A stretch of DNA of 60,331 bases, the filler included, from Blastocystis sp. subtype 4 (Eukaryota): assembly GCF_000743755.1 (NCBI RefSeq). It is 3 parts of 3 records of this genome, joined end to end, with 100 filler letters (N's around TTAATTAATTAA, not from the genome) between each part and the next. Parts side by side here need not be neighbours in the genome. Positions count along the whole stretch, not along the records: positions 1 to 19,864 come from NW_014569342.1; 2 more parts are not named here. One strand, written 5' to 3'. Below the pieces are notes generated by a model that saw only the letters and a program-made list of their open reading frames with translations, did no database searches and was not told the origin of the DNA. The position numbers and the translations under genes are program-made. This document shows, piece by piece, positions 1 to 12,537 of the stretch. The stretch's first letter is position 1. Each line of letters opens with the position of its first letter.

Positions 1-99
1 GATGATATAATTATTGTTTGATACTAGAATTAGTTTGAATTGAATGAATTGGGCCAATTCGTTTATTTGGTATTGTGGTTTCGTCATGCCGCACTTTCC
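1..99. repeat. Left arm of perfect 99-bp inverted repeat (partner 2994-3092)
   Basis: The reverse complement of 1-99 (ggaaagtgcggcatgacgaaacc...ataattatatcatc) matches 2994-3092 base for base. Confidence 0.95.
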
Positions 100-128
100 G
101 CACTTTTCTATTGCTTCTTTATCTAGTC

Positions 129-535
129 ATGGATTCTGCTAACGAACTTCAGGCATTAAACTTACCACGATTTAAGATCTTTTTGATAATGGTTACTTTT
201 GTACTCTTAGATGTATGGTTCTTCACCTAGTATGCATTTATTTATTTAACCTCTTTGTTCGGACCCCTACAGAGCTATTTGAATCCTGTAGTACGGAAAG
301 TAATCACTTGGGTTTGTCAATGTTCTATGGTTTATTATATAGAGCCCTGTTATCTCCATTGTTCTTTTCGGGATCTATGCAGTTTATACAATTATGAGTA
401 ACGTGATCAGGCTGAAAAACTATCCTGAGGAGGCTGAGAGCTTACTAAAGGTTATTTATTGTTATCTTGTTGATATATAGGATGTTGCCGAAGCTAAGGA
501 CGGTTTGAGAAAGAGAGGATACAAATACGAACTAT
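129..535 (+). CDS. DPM3: Dolichol-phosphate mannosyltransferase subunit 3 (multi-exon); stop probably completed by poly(A)
   Basis: Spliced translation gives two hydrophobic segments, then ...IVLFGIYAVYTIMSNVIRLKNYPEEAESLLKDVAEAKDGLRKRGYKYEL, matching the DPM3 C-terminal pattern. T535 lies 4 nt before TATTTGTT; a genomic TGA is also present at 547-549. Confidence 0.75.
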
Positions 536-629
536 ATCATATTTGTTGAACATATACGTGCTTTGCGATCTTTAGTTATCCTTAAACGGTCATCGGCCGT
601 ACATATAAAGCATTTGCAACAAACATACA

Positions 630-2472
630 CATTCCTTTTCTTTAATCGTGATCTTATATTCATCAAACATTGAATCTATGTGTAAACCATTTGACTAAAT
701 CTTACCTTTCTCGATGATACGAATGACTATAACAATGCCAATAATGGTATTTGCTGTTACAAAGACAACAATTTCCTTGTTATTAGCTGTCTCTTGCAAC
801 TCCACCCTATCATTAATCTCTCCACTTAATCATACGATGTAACTACTCTCTGCTCCTCCGTAATAATATCAATTCGCTTCACTTCGTTCTCATCCATCAC
901 AACCGTTTTCACTTCTCTCTCCAATGGTATCGGTTCTCCTTTCTCAACAAGTGTCAGTTGTTGCGAACCCATCGAACATACCACACTCATTGACAACTGT
1001 TGGATCACAGGAAGTGAAGTCCTCACTGCATAATAACAGACAGCAATCCTTACATTTGTAGTTCAGACGGAGTTGCGCTTGAATAGCTGCCCCTTCGGCT
1101 ACGACCTCACTGGGATGCGTTGCTATCATCATTCGCTCCTTGAAAAGAGTTCGCATTGAATCTTGAACTGCGGGAATCATTGCACTCGAAATAATAGTAA
1201 ACTACAATCCTTACCAGCCACCAATAATTAGGGCCATCGATACACTCGAAGATTCAATACTCGCTTCTTTAAGAACTGAAGATACTTGTGACCGTAACCT
1301 ACCTATAAGAGAGAATTTGTACTATCACTGATCAATTGATACACGACTGAGCATCTCAAACCGAGCACGTGTAACGGAAAGAGAATAGTCAGATCCATCA
1401 AACAGCGATTCAATCATAATCTACTATTCATTTCTATCAACTCTAATACGGTCGCAGAATTCGTATTTGATAATGTTTCCTTGATTCTGTGTACTTCCCT
1501 CTGAAGCTTACTTTGTGCCTTCTTGGAATCCATCACATCTGGAGAAATACGTCGGCAAGCATCCTCTATTGCTCACAACACATTTGAATCACCTACCTAA
1601 TACATAGTTAAAGAGAGAAGAATCTAGGGAATGTCCAATACAAACATCCAGTCGTTTGAAGAATAATAACTTGTACAGTCCATTCTACAAAACAAACGAA
1701 ACTTAGAAGCATACTTGAATGTTTAGAATACTTATTGATGCTGTACTTGCCGGAATGTCAACAATGACAACAAGACCATTTGCACTGGATTCTGTCTTGT
1801 CATTTTCACAATGCCGAAGGACTGCACACATATGGCTACTAAGAATGGAAGGATTAGGAATCTCTTAAGAGAATAAGGAATCAAAACGCTTACTAGCCTT
1901 TCGGGCACATCGAAGAAGGAATTTCTGAGACTCTTCACTCAAATCCTTTGCCACTATTCATAACTTGGTTATTCAGATATACACCTGAAATGACACATAT
2001 ACTTGGCTTCTTGTGAAATGTCAAGATCGACAAATTATAAACCTTCTTGAAGCATTCCACCATGATCGTTTCTAGAGAAATCTTTTCAACGGTATCAGCA
2101 TTTCCAATCTCAAATACAGGAAATCCATTGATGATCTCACTCTTCTACTCCTTATTGGTCTTATCAACATATACGATAGCTTGATTGTCCTGTGGTGAGG
2201 CACTACGACTGTCTAAAAAATGTAGTGGATGGTAAACAACGCGATCTGGTGAAGTACGAGCAAGTTGTTCAACAGAGGAACCGATCACAATCTCTCCATG
2301 ATTGTAGTAAATGCAAGCATCGATACTACCAACGAAATGATTCAAATCAATCAATAACATACAATCGATTACCATGTTCATCAGAAACCACTAATCGCTG
2401 ATCACCACAACTTACATAGGCTGTGATATGTTCTGCACCAAAATCAATTCCCAAAACAGCTTCAGTGCTCAT
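630..2472 (-). CDS. Atypical Hsp70-family protein (HSPA14/Ssz1-like, truncated substrate-binding domain), multi-exon
   Basis: N-terminus MSTEAVLGIDFG; motifs SLFDGSDYSLSVTRARFE, IIGG and PSEVVAEGAAIQA. The last exon ends GAA-TG 4 nt before TGTTTGTT (625-618). Confidence 0.75.
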
Positions 2473-2536
2473 GATCAACAAAGAAATGCTTACTTATTGA
2501 AAATAAACAAATGAACAATAAATGAACATTTAACCT

Positions 2537-2958
2537 TTACTGCATAGGGATGGTGGTCTGAGCTTGTAACATGCTAATCTGTTGACTTGTATATCCTCTT
2601 TGTCTCAATTTGGCAATTTGCTTCTTTTCTGCCTCGATTGCTGCCTGTTCCCTGTCCATCTACTGCTTACTTCTCGAAAGAACAACTACTTCAAGGAATA
2701 AAGGAAGAGCAGTAACAAGAAGTGTTGAAATTGCCATCCAAGTAATTACACCAGCAAGCTTTCCAAACTACATGTTACTCACCTTCACTCCAAGTCATAC
2801 CTTGAAGGTGAAACCAACAAAATTGTTAACGGAAGCCTGCCATCTCTTGACTACAGAGGAGTTCATTGCTTTGTTAGCAGCGATCTTGATCTTCTCCTAG
2901 TGAGTAATTCTATTAATTGTACCCATACCAAGGCACTCTTCTTTTCCTTTGGTGGCAT
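2537..2958 (-). CDS. TOM22: Mitochondrial outer-membrane import receptor Tom22/Tom9-like (short form)
   Basis: Spliced translation ...AGVITWMAISTLLVTALPLFLEMDREQ... matches the conserved Tom22 TM motif W...T..L...P...E.(D/E)REQ; basic N-terminus. Confidence 0.7.
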
Positions 2959-2993
2959 TCGTTCTAACAAACAATGGATAACAACACTTATGG

Positions 2994-3092
2994 GGAAAGT
3001 GCGGCATGACGAAACCACAATACCAAATAAACGAATTGGCCCAATTCATTCAATTCAAACTAATTCTAGTATCAAACAATAATTATATCATC
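2994..3092. repeat. Right arm of perfect 99-bp inverted repeat (partner 1-99)
   Basis: Exact reverse complement of positions 1-99. Confidence 0.95.
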
Positions 3093-3094
3093 AA

Positions 3095-4115
3095 CTATAA
3101 GAAATAATCAGGAGGAAGATTTGAAGAGATATGACCTCGAACAGTTGCAGGAGCAGCAGAAAATACCTATATTTAACACTAATAATATCAATTACCTTGA
3201 ATTCACAATTCAAATTCTCATCAACTTCCATGATTGAAGCAACATTCCCACAACGATAACAGTAGTTTGGAGCAGACCATACTGCAATCAATTGTTTGTT
3301 GAACATCCATTTGTATCCTTCCATCACCAATTGATGAGAACGACAAATCAGACTCAAAGCGTTACGTTTGTTGAATTCACTCACACAGTCACCTCCAAAT
3401 ACAAAACCACAACCACGAGGATTAGAACCCCAACCAACAAGTTCTTCTTCTGGATCGGACCATAACAAATCACACATTCCACCTTCGTGAGGTAACTCCA
3501 CAAAACGATTCAAAGAACTAATTTCATCCAAACTCGAAATAGAAGGAGACAATCCTCCATGAACACAAAACAACTGATTGTCAACTAAAGCACAAATAGG
3601 AAGACAATCAAATACTTCTGTACATAGTCTCCACACATTGATTGAACCATATTTACGTAGACATTCATCATAGAATCCATATACTTGACTGATTTGACGA
3701 GATTCATGATTTCCACGAAGAAGAGTCACTCGATCACGATAACGAACTTTCAATGCTAACAATAATAAACATGTTTCCACACTATAGTATCCACGATCAA
3801 CATAGTCTCCCAAAAACAAATAGTTTGTTCCAGGACTTAGACCTCCAACAAAGAATAGTTCACGCAAATCATAGAATTGACCATGAATATCACCACAAAT
3901 CTAGAACCTCAAACACTTTCACAACTAATACAGTTACAGGAGAACTAATAGAATGAATATTCTTTTCACTCATTAATACTTCTTTCGCTTTTGTACATAG
4001 TTCTTTCACTTCTAATTCACTCAACAAATCACATTCACGTAACTATTCATTACTATTCATTCATTGTTATTCATACTCGTTCAATTTTACTATCTAACTC
4101 ATTTGTGGTAGACAT
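3095..4115 (-). CDS. PPP4C: Ser/Thr protein phosphatase, PP2A family catalytic subunit (PP4-like)
   Basis: Motifs GDIHGQ, GDYVDRG, RGNHE and [12 protein letters not shown]; spliced C-terminus ...PPDYFL-TAG; N-terminus [12 protein letters not shown]. Confidence 0.85.
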
Positions 4116-4327
4116 TAACTCACTTCTTTCTTATCAAAACTCAATTCTATCTCAATTGATCCAAATTCAACTACAATTCAAATTGATTTCAATTAACTGA
4201 AATACTGACTTTCACTACTCTTATCTTATTCTATTTTATCATCTCTTGATTATGAAATTCACAAACAATATTAATCGATACACTTCTTTTGCAAGCTAGG
4301 GATTTCCCTCTTCAGATCTCCTCTAAA

Positions 4328-5306
4328 TCAACCAAGAAGCAGATTTGCTGCTGCTGTGACATCATTCAACGTCTTCTTCAATGCTTCAATACACGCTTCC
4401 CTTTCAAAACCCATTAACTAACCATCATTCATTTCAAACAAAACTAACCATCAACTGTTCCACCATTTCCTCGTCGGCAACCACATCAGTTTCGTAATTA
4501 CCTTCTTGTCCATTATACTCTACTCGTTCATGAACTTGATGGACTTCGGGAGTTTTCCAGATACTCTTAACCTGAGACAACTCAAGTACTGTTACATGAA
4601 TCGCATCAACAATGAATCGAGGACACGAAAGGAGTGGCTTTGGGTTTTCTCGTGATGGACAAAGGAAATAGGAGATAGTACCGCTGACAACTACTTCAAC
4701 CAGAGAAGGGAAGCCTCCAAATAACGAACTCACAAGCAATAGGAGAAGAATACATAGTTTCATAGAAATGAAATAGGATGATGAAATTGGAGCTGCATCG
4801 CTTCTTACTGTTGGAATGCTCCCTAACTATCAAATAGGGATTAGGATATACGGTAATAAAGTACAACCAAAGATGAGAGCAAGTACAAAGGTCCATCAAC
4901 TCGGAAACCCGAATGATACATGAGGAACTTAAGAGGTAGATTGATGACGATAATTGTCAGTACAATTGAAGCATACCGATAGGATCCATACACGATTTCA
5001 TTGATACGTAGTAAATACACCAAAAGCAACGAAACAGACAGTTGAACGAATCTAATTCTTATATAGTGCTTCAAAAGCTACGATCGAAATAAAAAGCATG
5101 ATAGAATTGTTTGAAGAAGGATGTTGGTTGAAGTCGATAACGATACTGAAAACACTACAACTGATAGATGCAATATTCATTGTACACGAATGAGACAAAA
5201 TGTACAGGATCCCTGTAAGATAGATCAATGATGCGGAAACTCCAGTCTGATCTGAATATGAATCTCCATGTCGAATCTCAGTACCTAGTTGAAGTGGAGG
5301 AGCCAT
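4328..5306 (-). CDS. Multi-pass rhomboid-like membrane protein with C-terminal UBA domain (UBAC2/Dsc2-like)
   Basis: Hydrophobic exons followed by EEMVEQL..MGFEREACIEALKKTLNDVTAAANLLLG, a UBA pattern. Confidence 0.55.
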
Positions 5307-5622
5307 TCTTCCAAACAGTGATCTATCAAGTACTAATTGGATATCTATTCAAATGCTCTGCATAAGAGTCCATTTTAGGATCCACGTGTTCTATCAAACG
5401 TAATCACATACAATTCACCTAGTTCGTTTTCTATTCCACAATGATGTTTTCCTTATCAATTCTATTTCATATTCTTCTTGTATAGATGGGTAGCACTGAA
5501 TTCAGAGGATCTTCAGTACAGGAAATTCCCACGGAATCCTGCTGTCATTGGGAGGTTTGGTGTCATAAGGGTGAAGCATTCTCCAGTAATTCATATTTTT
5601 TTAATTATTCAGACAAAAAGAA

Positions 5623-6732
5623 ATGTTCCTTATTCCTAAAGTATCAAAGATTGTTGCTAATGCTGGAAGACAAGTTGCTGCTGTCTCGACTCTTTCTCGT
5701 TGTTTCTCCCAGATTACTGTCATTGTATACATATGAATTGACTTGTAGTATGGTCCCTCTCAGGCCTTCCTTCGTCAGCCTGCTCCTACTTTCAAGGCCC
5801 CTGCTGTCGTTGATAATGATATCACGACTATTAGTCTTGATGATTACAAAGGTAACCATTCTAGAGGTGAATGATCGTCAGGCAAATATGTAGTCCTGTT
5901 CTTCTATCCTAAGGATTTTACTTTTGTATGTCCTACTGAGATTATTGCCTTCAGTGACCGAGCTGAGGAGTTCGAGAAACTGAACACGAAGTTGATTGCC
6001 TGTTCTTGTGATACCGTTGAGTCGCATCTTGCTTGGATTAAGACTCCTCGTAAGAAGGGAGGTCTGGGACAGATGAAGATTCCAATTATTGGAGATAACA
6101 CCAAGGAGATCGCCTCCAAGTATGGAGTGCTGGTGAACGACCTGGGAGTAGCTAGTCGTGGTCTTTTCATTATCAATCCTCAGGGAGTGATTGAGCAAAT
6201 CACCATCAACAACTTGCCTGTGGGTCGAAGTGTGGATGAGACATTGCGTCTGGTTCAGGCCTTCCAATTCGTTGCTGAACATGGAGAAGTATGTCCTGCA
6301 AACTGGAAGCCTGGTGATAAGACCATCAATACCAGTGGTGATAACAGTCTGGAGTTTTTCGGTTCTGGTGCTACAGAGTCTCCTGTTGATGAGATTATGA
6401 TGGGCAAGGATGTTGTCGAAGTGAAGGACGAGAAGCACTTCCGTGAGCTCCTGGCTACCACCAAGAACCTTGTTGTGGATTTCTACGCTCCCTGGTGTGG
6501 AAAGTGCAAGATGATTGCTCCCTTCTACAACAAGTTGGCTGGCGAGAGAAAGGATGTTACATTTGCTTCAGTTGATACCACTGCTGATCGTCTCGAGAAG
6601 TTCGCTGCTGATTATGGTGTAAAACATATTCCTTCATTCCACTTCTACAAGGATGGCAAGGAAGTGGGTCCTGAAATCACTGGTTATAAGAAACAGTTGA
6701 TTAGCAAGCAAGTTGAAGCTCTCTTTAAGTAA
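5623..6732 (+). CDS. 2-Cys peroxiredoxin fused to C-terminal thioredoxin domain, with putative mitochondrial/MRO presequence
   Basis: [14 protein letters not shown] (peroxidatic Cys) and GEVCPANW (resolving Cys), then [13 protein letters not shown] in the same exon; Arg/Ser/Ala-rich N-terminus [29 protein letters not shown]. Confidence 0.9.
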
Positions 6733-7062
6733 TTCTTCCCTTTAGCTGTTTTTGTTATAACAAAAGAGGAGATGGTTTTCCATTGTATTGGTTGCAACCA
6801 ACAATGAACCTCTTGATTTGTAAAGAAAGAGATTGAATAAGACAGTATCACTTCTAGAATGCTGGTGGATGTGAGGTCATTGACTGACATAATAAACACA
6901 GCTATTAGAGTGGATCAAACATCGAGAACCGTAGAAGAACTGGTACTCATGTGTTCCAATGGTATGGATCAGTAGTATTGAGTACTAAGAGTTAATGGAT
7001 ATTGAACGTGTGATGTTGAATATAACAATGAGGTTCACTACACATTTATCTATTAGATAGTT

Positions 7063-9121
7063 CTATTTGTAAGAAACATATGAAATGAGTTTCTCTCGAA
7101 CAATCAATACCACGATAATCAATAGAGAGATAGGATCATTTAATCGATTCAATAGATAGGGAAGAGATCGAATTGACTTCTTCTGAGCTCCTTTAATGAT
7201 CAACTTATAGAAGAGAAAGACCATACTCACATCTAACATTACCAGAAGATAGGATGCGAATGGATAAGAAATGGTTTTGGATATGGAAGGAGATGCAAAG
7301 AGAAAGAGATAGAGAGTAAGAAGAACCATCAGACTATAGTAATATGCTGTCCCAAAGACATATGGATCCATATATTGAAACCTTTCTCCAGTATGGTAAT
7401 TTCGATATCTCCAGATAGAAATAGAACAGAGATCAGATGCTTCATCAATAAAGAAATGAGGTATGATCAATCGACAGAGTAGTGTGAGACACACTCCAGT
7501 AAAGATTAGATTATCTGTTGTGAATAGGAATAACCGAGTGAAAAGGATCCGAAAGAACCAATTCCAATTACAGAAATAGTCCTTTAATAAGCCATATTTC
7601 AAGGTTCGATTGGTTGCAAAGAAACCTGTCGAACTATCGAGCTTGCTCAACAACTCTGTATCTGCTTGTTGACGCAAAATACGATTCCCCAGAGTTCGAC
7701 AACCCCAATAACAAAGAAAAATGATGGTTAGAATCAATGGATTCAGGTAGATCATGAGACGTGACCAATCAATATGCATCAAAGCAGCAGTCTTTCCCGA
7801 AGTGGGGTACTCCAATCCATACTCTGTTATTCCATCATTGTTAGAATGTTGTGACTGAAGTTGTACATGGGTGAGAATTGGACCTGCTTGTTGAGAATGA
7901 ACACGGAATGATCGACTTACAATAGTTCGTTTATGATTGCTTTGATTGGATATGATACACTTTAGAATATGAACTCCATCCGTCAAATGAGGTTTTAGAA
8001 GGACATTTGTGGTACTATCATCATCTGATTCTATAGTGAGATCAGGAGAATGTGAATATTCTTGATCATCGATGAATACTTGAACAGATGGGTTCAACAC
8101 ATTCTTTGTAGTGAAGTAAATTAAGGCTTGATCAGAATCATCACTCCATGACTGTTCATACCGGAGATCCTACAGAAATAGGAGGGTTGAATTCATACCA
8201 CAGGAGAATGAAGGATAAGTAGAGGATTCTCATCCATATCGAGGTTATATGTGACGAAGGAGAGATGATTACGGAAATAGGAATACACACGAAATTGGCG
8301 AGCTGCTTTGAAATCGAACTGTTCCGCCTCGATTGTGTTGAAATGACGAGTCTAGACTAAAGTAGACAAACAAGAATGACAATCATTCCTCCTAATGAAG
8401 AGTGGAGATGGCCACAAAGGTAATAAAGTGGGTGATAGAGTCGAATGATATCCTTGAAGGAGTGATGACGAGAAGAACGAGCTCGTAAATCCAGAGTGAA
8501 TATAGGATAGTGAGAAAAAAGGATTGTTGGAATGCTAGATATTAGAATGATGTTAGAGTGATAGACTCACTACTTAGAAACAACTCTTCGAGTGAATCAA
8601 GAAGTGATTGTGATAGGAATCCATTAAAATGACGAAGAAGAGGTTCGTTAGCATCAATACCGACAAATCGAAGTGGTCCACTATCTGTATGAAATATTCT
8701 TGAGTAGATGGAACTCATATTGGAGGCGCCATACACAGTATGTGTTTTGTAAGGATGTTCATTTGGATAATGAACAAATGAATCATGATTTCCTCGTACA
8801 TCCAGCCAGCGATCGAGTGTAAATAGACCATTCTCTTTCAGTACAGAGGAGTACCTAGATATTATCATGCAAAATAGGTTCAAACATTTTCCATTCATCA
8901 AATTGGAGGAGTTCTACAAAATCATCATTATTGACCAATTTACTACCTTCATTGTTTTCATTAACAGAGTTTGTAATATCTCCAGTATTAATAACCAAGG
9001 AGGCACCTGTCATCGGAAGAACGTTCTTGACAAAGTGACGGAATCGCATGTAGCTGTCATCTTGGGACCTTTTCTGAATATGGATATCAGTAATATGAAC
9101 AAAGATGAAAGGTTTTTCCAT
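7063..9121 (-). CDS. TMEM62-like calcineurin-like metallophosphoesterase membrane protein
   Basis: Motifs HITDIH, NTGDIT, RGNHD and YLCGHLH; C-terminal hydrophobic helices; both gene ends uncertain. Confidence 0.75.
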
Positions 9122-9146
9122 AACAAAGAAATGATCAGTTTTATGA

Positions 9147-10292
9147 TTATAATAACTTCCATTTGGATAAAATAAGAATTAAAAGACATCCAATAGCTAA
9201 CGTGATGACAATTGTCTGCCAGGATACGGTGACTAAAGAAGAAGAAAGAATGATTGTCTCTTCTTGTAAAATAGTTGAAGAATGCTTCGAGACTGTAATA
9301 TGAAGAGAATGATCTCCTCTATCCAATAGCACAGTCGTGTGATAACGAAACCCATCCAATGAAAGAGGAAGAGAATGAGAATCCAGTTCACATGAGATAT
9401 TGAGATGGAGAAGAGTTTGATTTAATGAGGATAAAAGCGTGATAAATAGATCTGGACTATGATAGATTGCTTGAATATGCACATCTTGATCCTCTAGTTG
9501 GCGATGCAAACCATACACTCCCAGAGCAACAGAATATTCAATTATTGGATCAGAATATTCTTGCATAGCCAATACATACTGTTGTAACTGCCTTAATTTG
9601 GAGAGTCCCAGAGGAGGATCAATTCCATGACTTGGAAACGAAGAAGCAATGGATATGATACGCAAATACGATTTACAATCTTTTAGATGGTTTGAAAAAG
9701 GAGTTTCGATCAGGAAACGATTGACAAGTCCTCGATATCCTTCCACTCTTGAACGAATGGATCGATTAAGAGTTGGATAGAGTGTGTGGAGAAGTAGAAT
9801 TAGAAAAGAGTCGTCGTGAACTGTCTCCTTGGTAATCTTATATCCAGGAGTCGTCAGCTTCTCATAAGCTTGTTTTGCAATCTATTTGTCATTTGTCACA
9901 GTTAATGAAACAGTATTTCCATCTCTCTCATTATCAACAAGGATTGCATAATAGAGTACTTCGTTATCATTTCCAGAAAACGATACATTTATGTAGCGAT
10001 GACAAAACCACTTTCTGTTTACATACTCTGCCATATACCCTTCTTTCGCCGTAGTGTATTCATCCTTAAGAATTGAACATATTCCATAGTCTTGACGTTC
10101 GTTTTGAAAAAGCTCAAGATACTCGCCCAATTGTGTTAAATAGAACACATCAGTTATCGATCTTCTCTTTATAAAATACTGTAATTCATTAATAATGTGA
10201 TTAGTATCAGGTTGGTGATATATATCACTCTGAGCCATTCTACTACAAGTAGCACCCACTATAAGTATACTAATCAACAGCCGTTGCATCAC
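9147..10292 (-). CDS. Hypothetical protein with signal peptide and C-terminal TM helix (2 exons)
   Basis: ORFs 9882-10292 and 9147-9746 join in frame across a 30-nt GT-AG intron; hydrophobic N- and C-termini. Confidence 0.55.
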
Positions 10293-10376
10293 TTTCGTGA
10301 TTCACTTTCGGTCATTCAACACAAAAACAAGAATTGGATTCAATTACGATATTTACCTAAGGATTGAGTAAACATT

Positions 10377-10768
10377 ATGGTCGCAGATCATGGTGACGCA
10401 TTACAGCAGACGTATGATTGAGTGATGGTGATGATCCTCAGAAAACAAGAAAATGATAAAAGAAGACAAGGATCGTTACGTTCCCCTTCGGGTTTACCAC
10501 CACCCGGTTTTATTAGTTCTCGAGCTCGGTTCAATGAGACTACTAGTGAACGTTTGTTGAATGAACGTAATCAGTTTAACTATCTGCTGATATACAGGTT
10601 TCAGCCAGATAATTAGGAAAATGGGAAAAGGTACTTGTGACTATGGGATCTAATATTACAGATAGTCACATTTACTCTTGTACACAGATTTCTAAAGTGA
10701 AAATCAGCGAGAGTCCAGTCTCGTTCTTCCAACTACTCCATGAGGCAGAGTTGAGGTTGGATTCATGA
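10377..10768 (+). CDS. Small hypothetical protein (multi-exon)
   Basis: ATG at 10377 with ~30-nt introns linking short open frames; no recognisable domain. Confidence 0.35.
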
Positions 10769-10952
10769 TAGACGGCCCTGGAACTGAAACGTTGTGTTCG
10801 TTATGTCATCGATACATAATCTCGATTTATCGTTTTTGTATTTGCTATATTGTTTGTTACTTCAATTATAACATATTTGATGAAAGAATTGATAGAACGA
10901 ACAATCATAACTCTTTTCGATCATCAGTGAGTTTCTCCGATTCCATCGACAG

Positions 10953-12479
10953 ATGATGACGGATAAATTCAGTTGGAAGTAGGGATATATTGACCGTTTG
11001 ACATGCAGATATGCAATTCTTATGTTTATCGTTGGTTATATAACATGTACCATTTATCTGAGATCTGACCGAGTGAGACAGATAGTATTCGTCTCATTGT
11101 AGATGCTATCGAACTATGATAGAAGCCTTACAGTCACTAAGGATTTTACTAGTCAGGGGCTTTCGAAGGGAGAGAGTAAAAACCAAGGTAGCTTCTGCTG
11201 AATGCTTTCACCATAGAACTCTCATCTGGAGAATTCAGCGACTATCCCTTTGAAATTGAGAATGATTATTCTAGTTTGTACTCTCATATTCAGTAATGTG
11301 TAGTTGCTACTGATGAAGAGTTCGATGTGACTCTAGTTACGTATTTTAGGTACTCTCTCTTTAGTGGATCTATTGTAGTGTACAGGAAAAGAATTACTTT
11401 CGACCCTACACAGCTCGTTGGGATGGGTTTGAGTTGTTACTTCTTAATCACAGCTAGAGCAATTGTTATTGTTGTGTATTACCGACAAACTGAACAAAAG
11501 TCCTATTCCCAATTTCTTGAATTATGTAAGAGTCGAGCTCGAACACAGTGTATTCCTTATGTTCTTGAAAGTGACACAATTCCAATTAACAAGCTAAAGA
11601 ATATGGGTATTGAAAAGGTCACAACCACTCACTTCATCTTTGCCGAGAACAATCTCTCTCCTACGAGTATTGGATAGATTATCATAATCACTCATAGCAA
11701 ATCTCTATGGAGATCTTCTGAAAACCCCCGGTTACTTGTGGAGAGATCCCTCATTTGTTGGTGTTGTTCCTGTGTTTGAATGGTCTTCAGATTCATATCC
11801 GGACGCTAAAAAGGCTTACCAGTTTGAACCCAAGTGACAATTCAACTCTAGACAGTATGATCATCTTCCGAATGGTCCCACGAAGGTTTCTGAATGTTTG
11901 AAGTCTTATCACTGTCGTCCACTACTGACAACAACAATTTCAATGGTAATTATGGGAGTTTTTAGTGATGCGTAGCAATTCGTCTGGTTTTCTTTCATTA
12001 ATTATCGTGCTATGAATTGTATTGATAATAATACTGACGTGTATATGGTATTGAAGAAAACGGCTTCTCTTCCTAAGTATGATGAATCTGTAACAGAACG
12101 TGGATATGATAATACTGAATTTGTAGAGAAGATTCGTTATTCAAGTAGGAGTAATTGGAAGAATGAAGACTAGACATGAAATTGGGTATATTGTGTTCCA
12201 ATTTCTTCTTTCGTGTAAGTGGAATTGGCTATGACTCGAGTACAGTCATGGAATATCGGAAGAATTCCAAACTGTTTTCACAGTATGAGCAGATACGAAC
12301 TCAGTATATCAAGTCACTCCCTAATAGTCACCCTATTGCGAACTGCCATCAAATTGAACCAGCTATGTCGGGATGGGTGAGTTTTAGACCATATAGGTGG
12401 TTGGAGGAAGAAGAGCGGAACAATGTTCAATATCCTAGAATTGCTGTTAAATCTGGTAAGAAGGTTACTCTTGATGTTT
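10953..12479 (+). CDS. Glycosyltransferase family 49 (LARGE/B4GAT1-like), type II membrane; stop completed by poly(A)
   Basis: IPINKLKNMGIEKVTTTHFIFAENN resembles YP(I/V)N.LRN.A....T......D.D; also LPKYDESVTERGYDNTEFV. Ends ...TLDV + T12479, 4 nt before TGTTTGTT (12484-12491). Confidence 0.65.
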
Positions 12480-12537
12480 TATTTGTTTGTTATCCAGAGA
12501 GAGTTTTTGTGTGAATCCTTTTCTCCAAGTTCGTCCT

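Noticed and set aside
5878..6464. Minus-strand ORFs of 186, 90 and 69 aa over the peroxiredoxin
   Set aside because: Antisense shadows of a strongly codon-biased gene.
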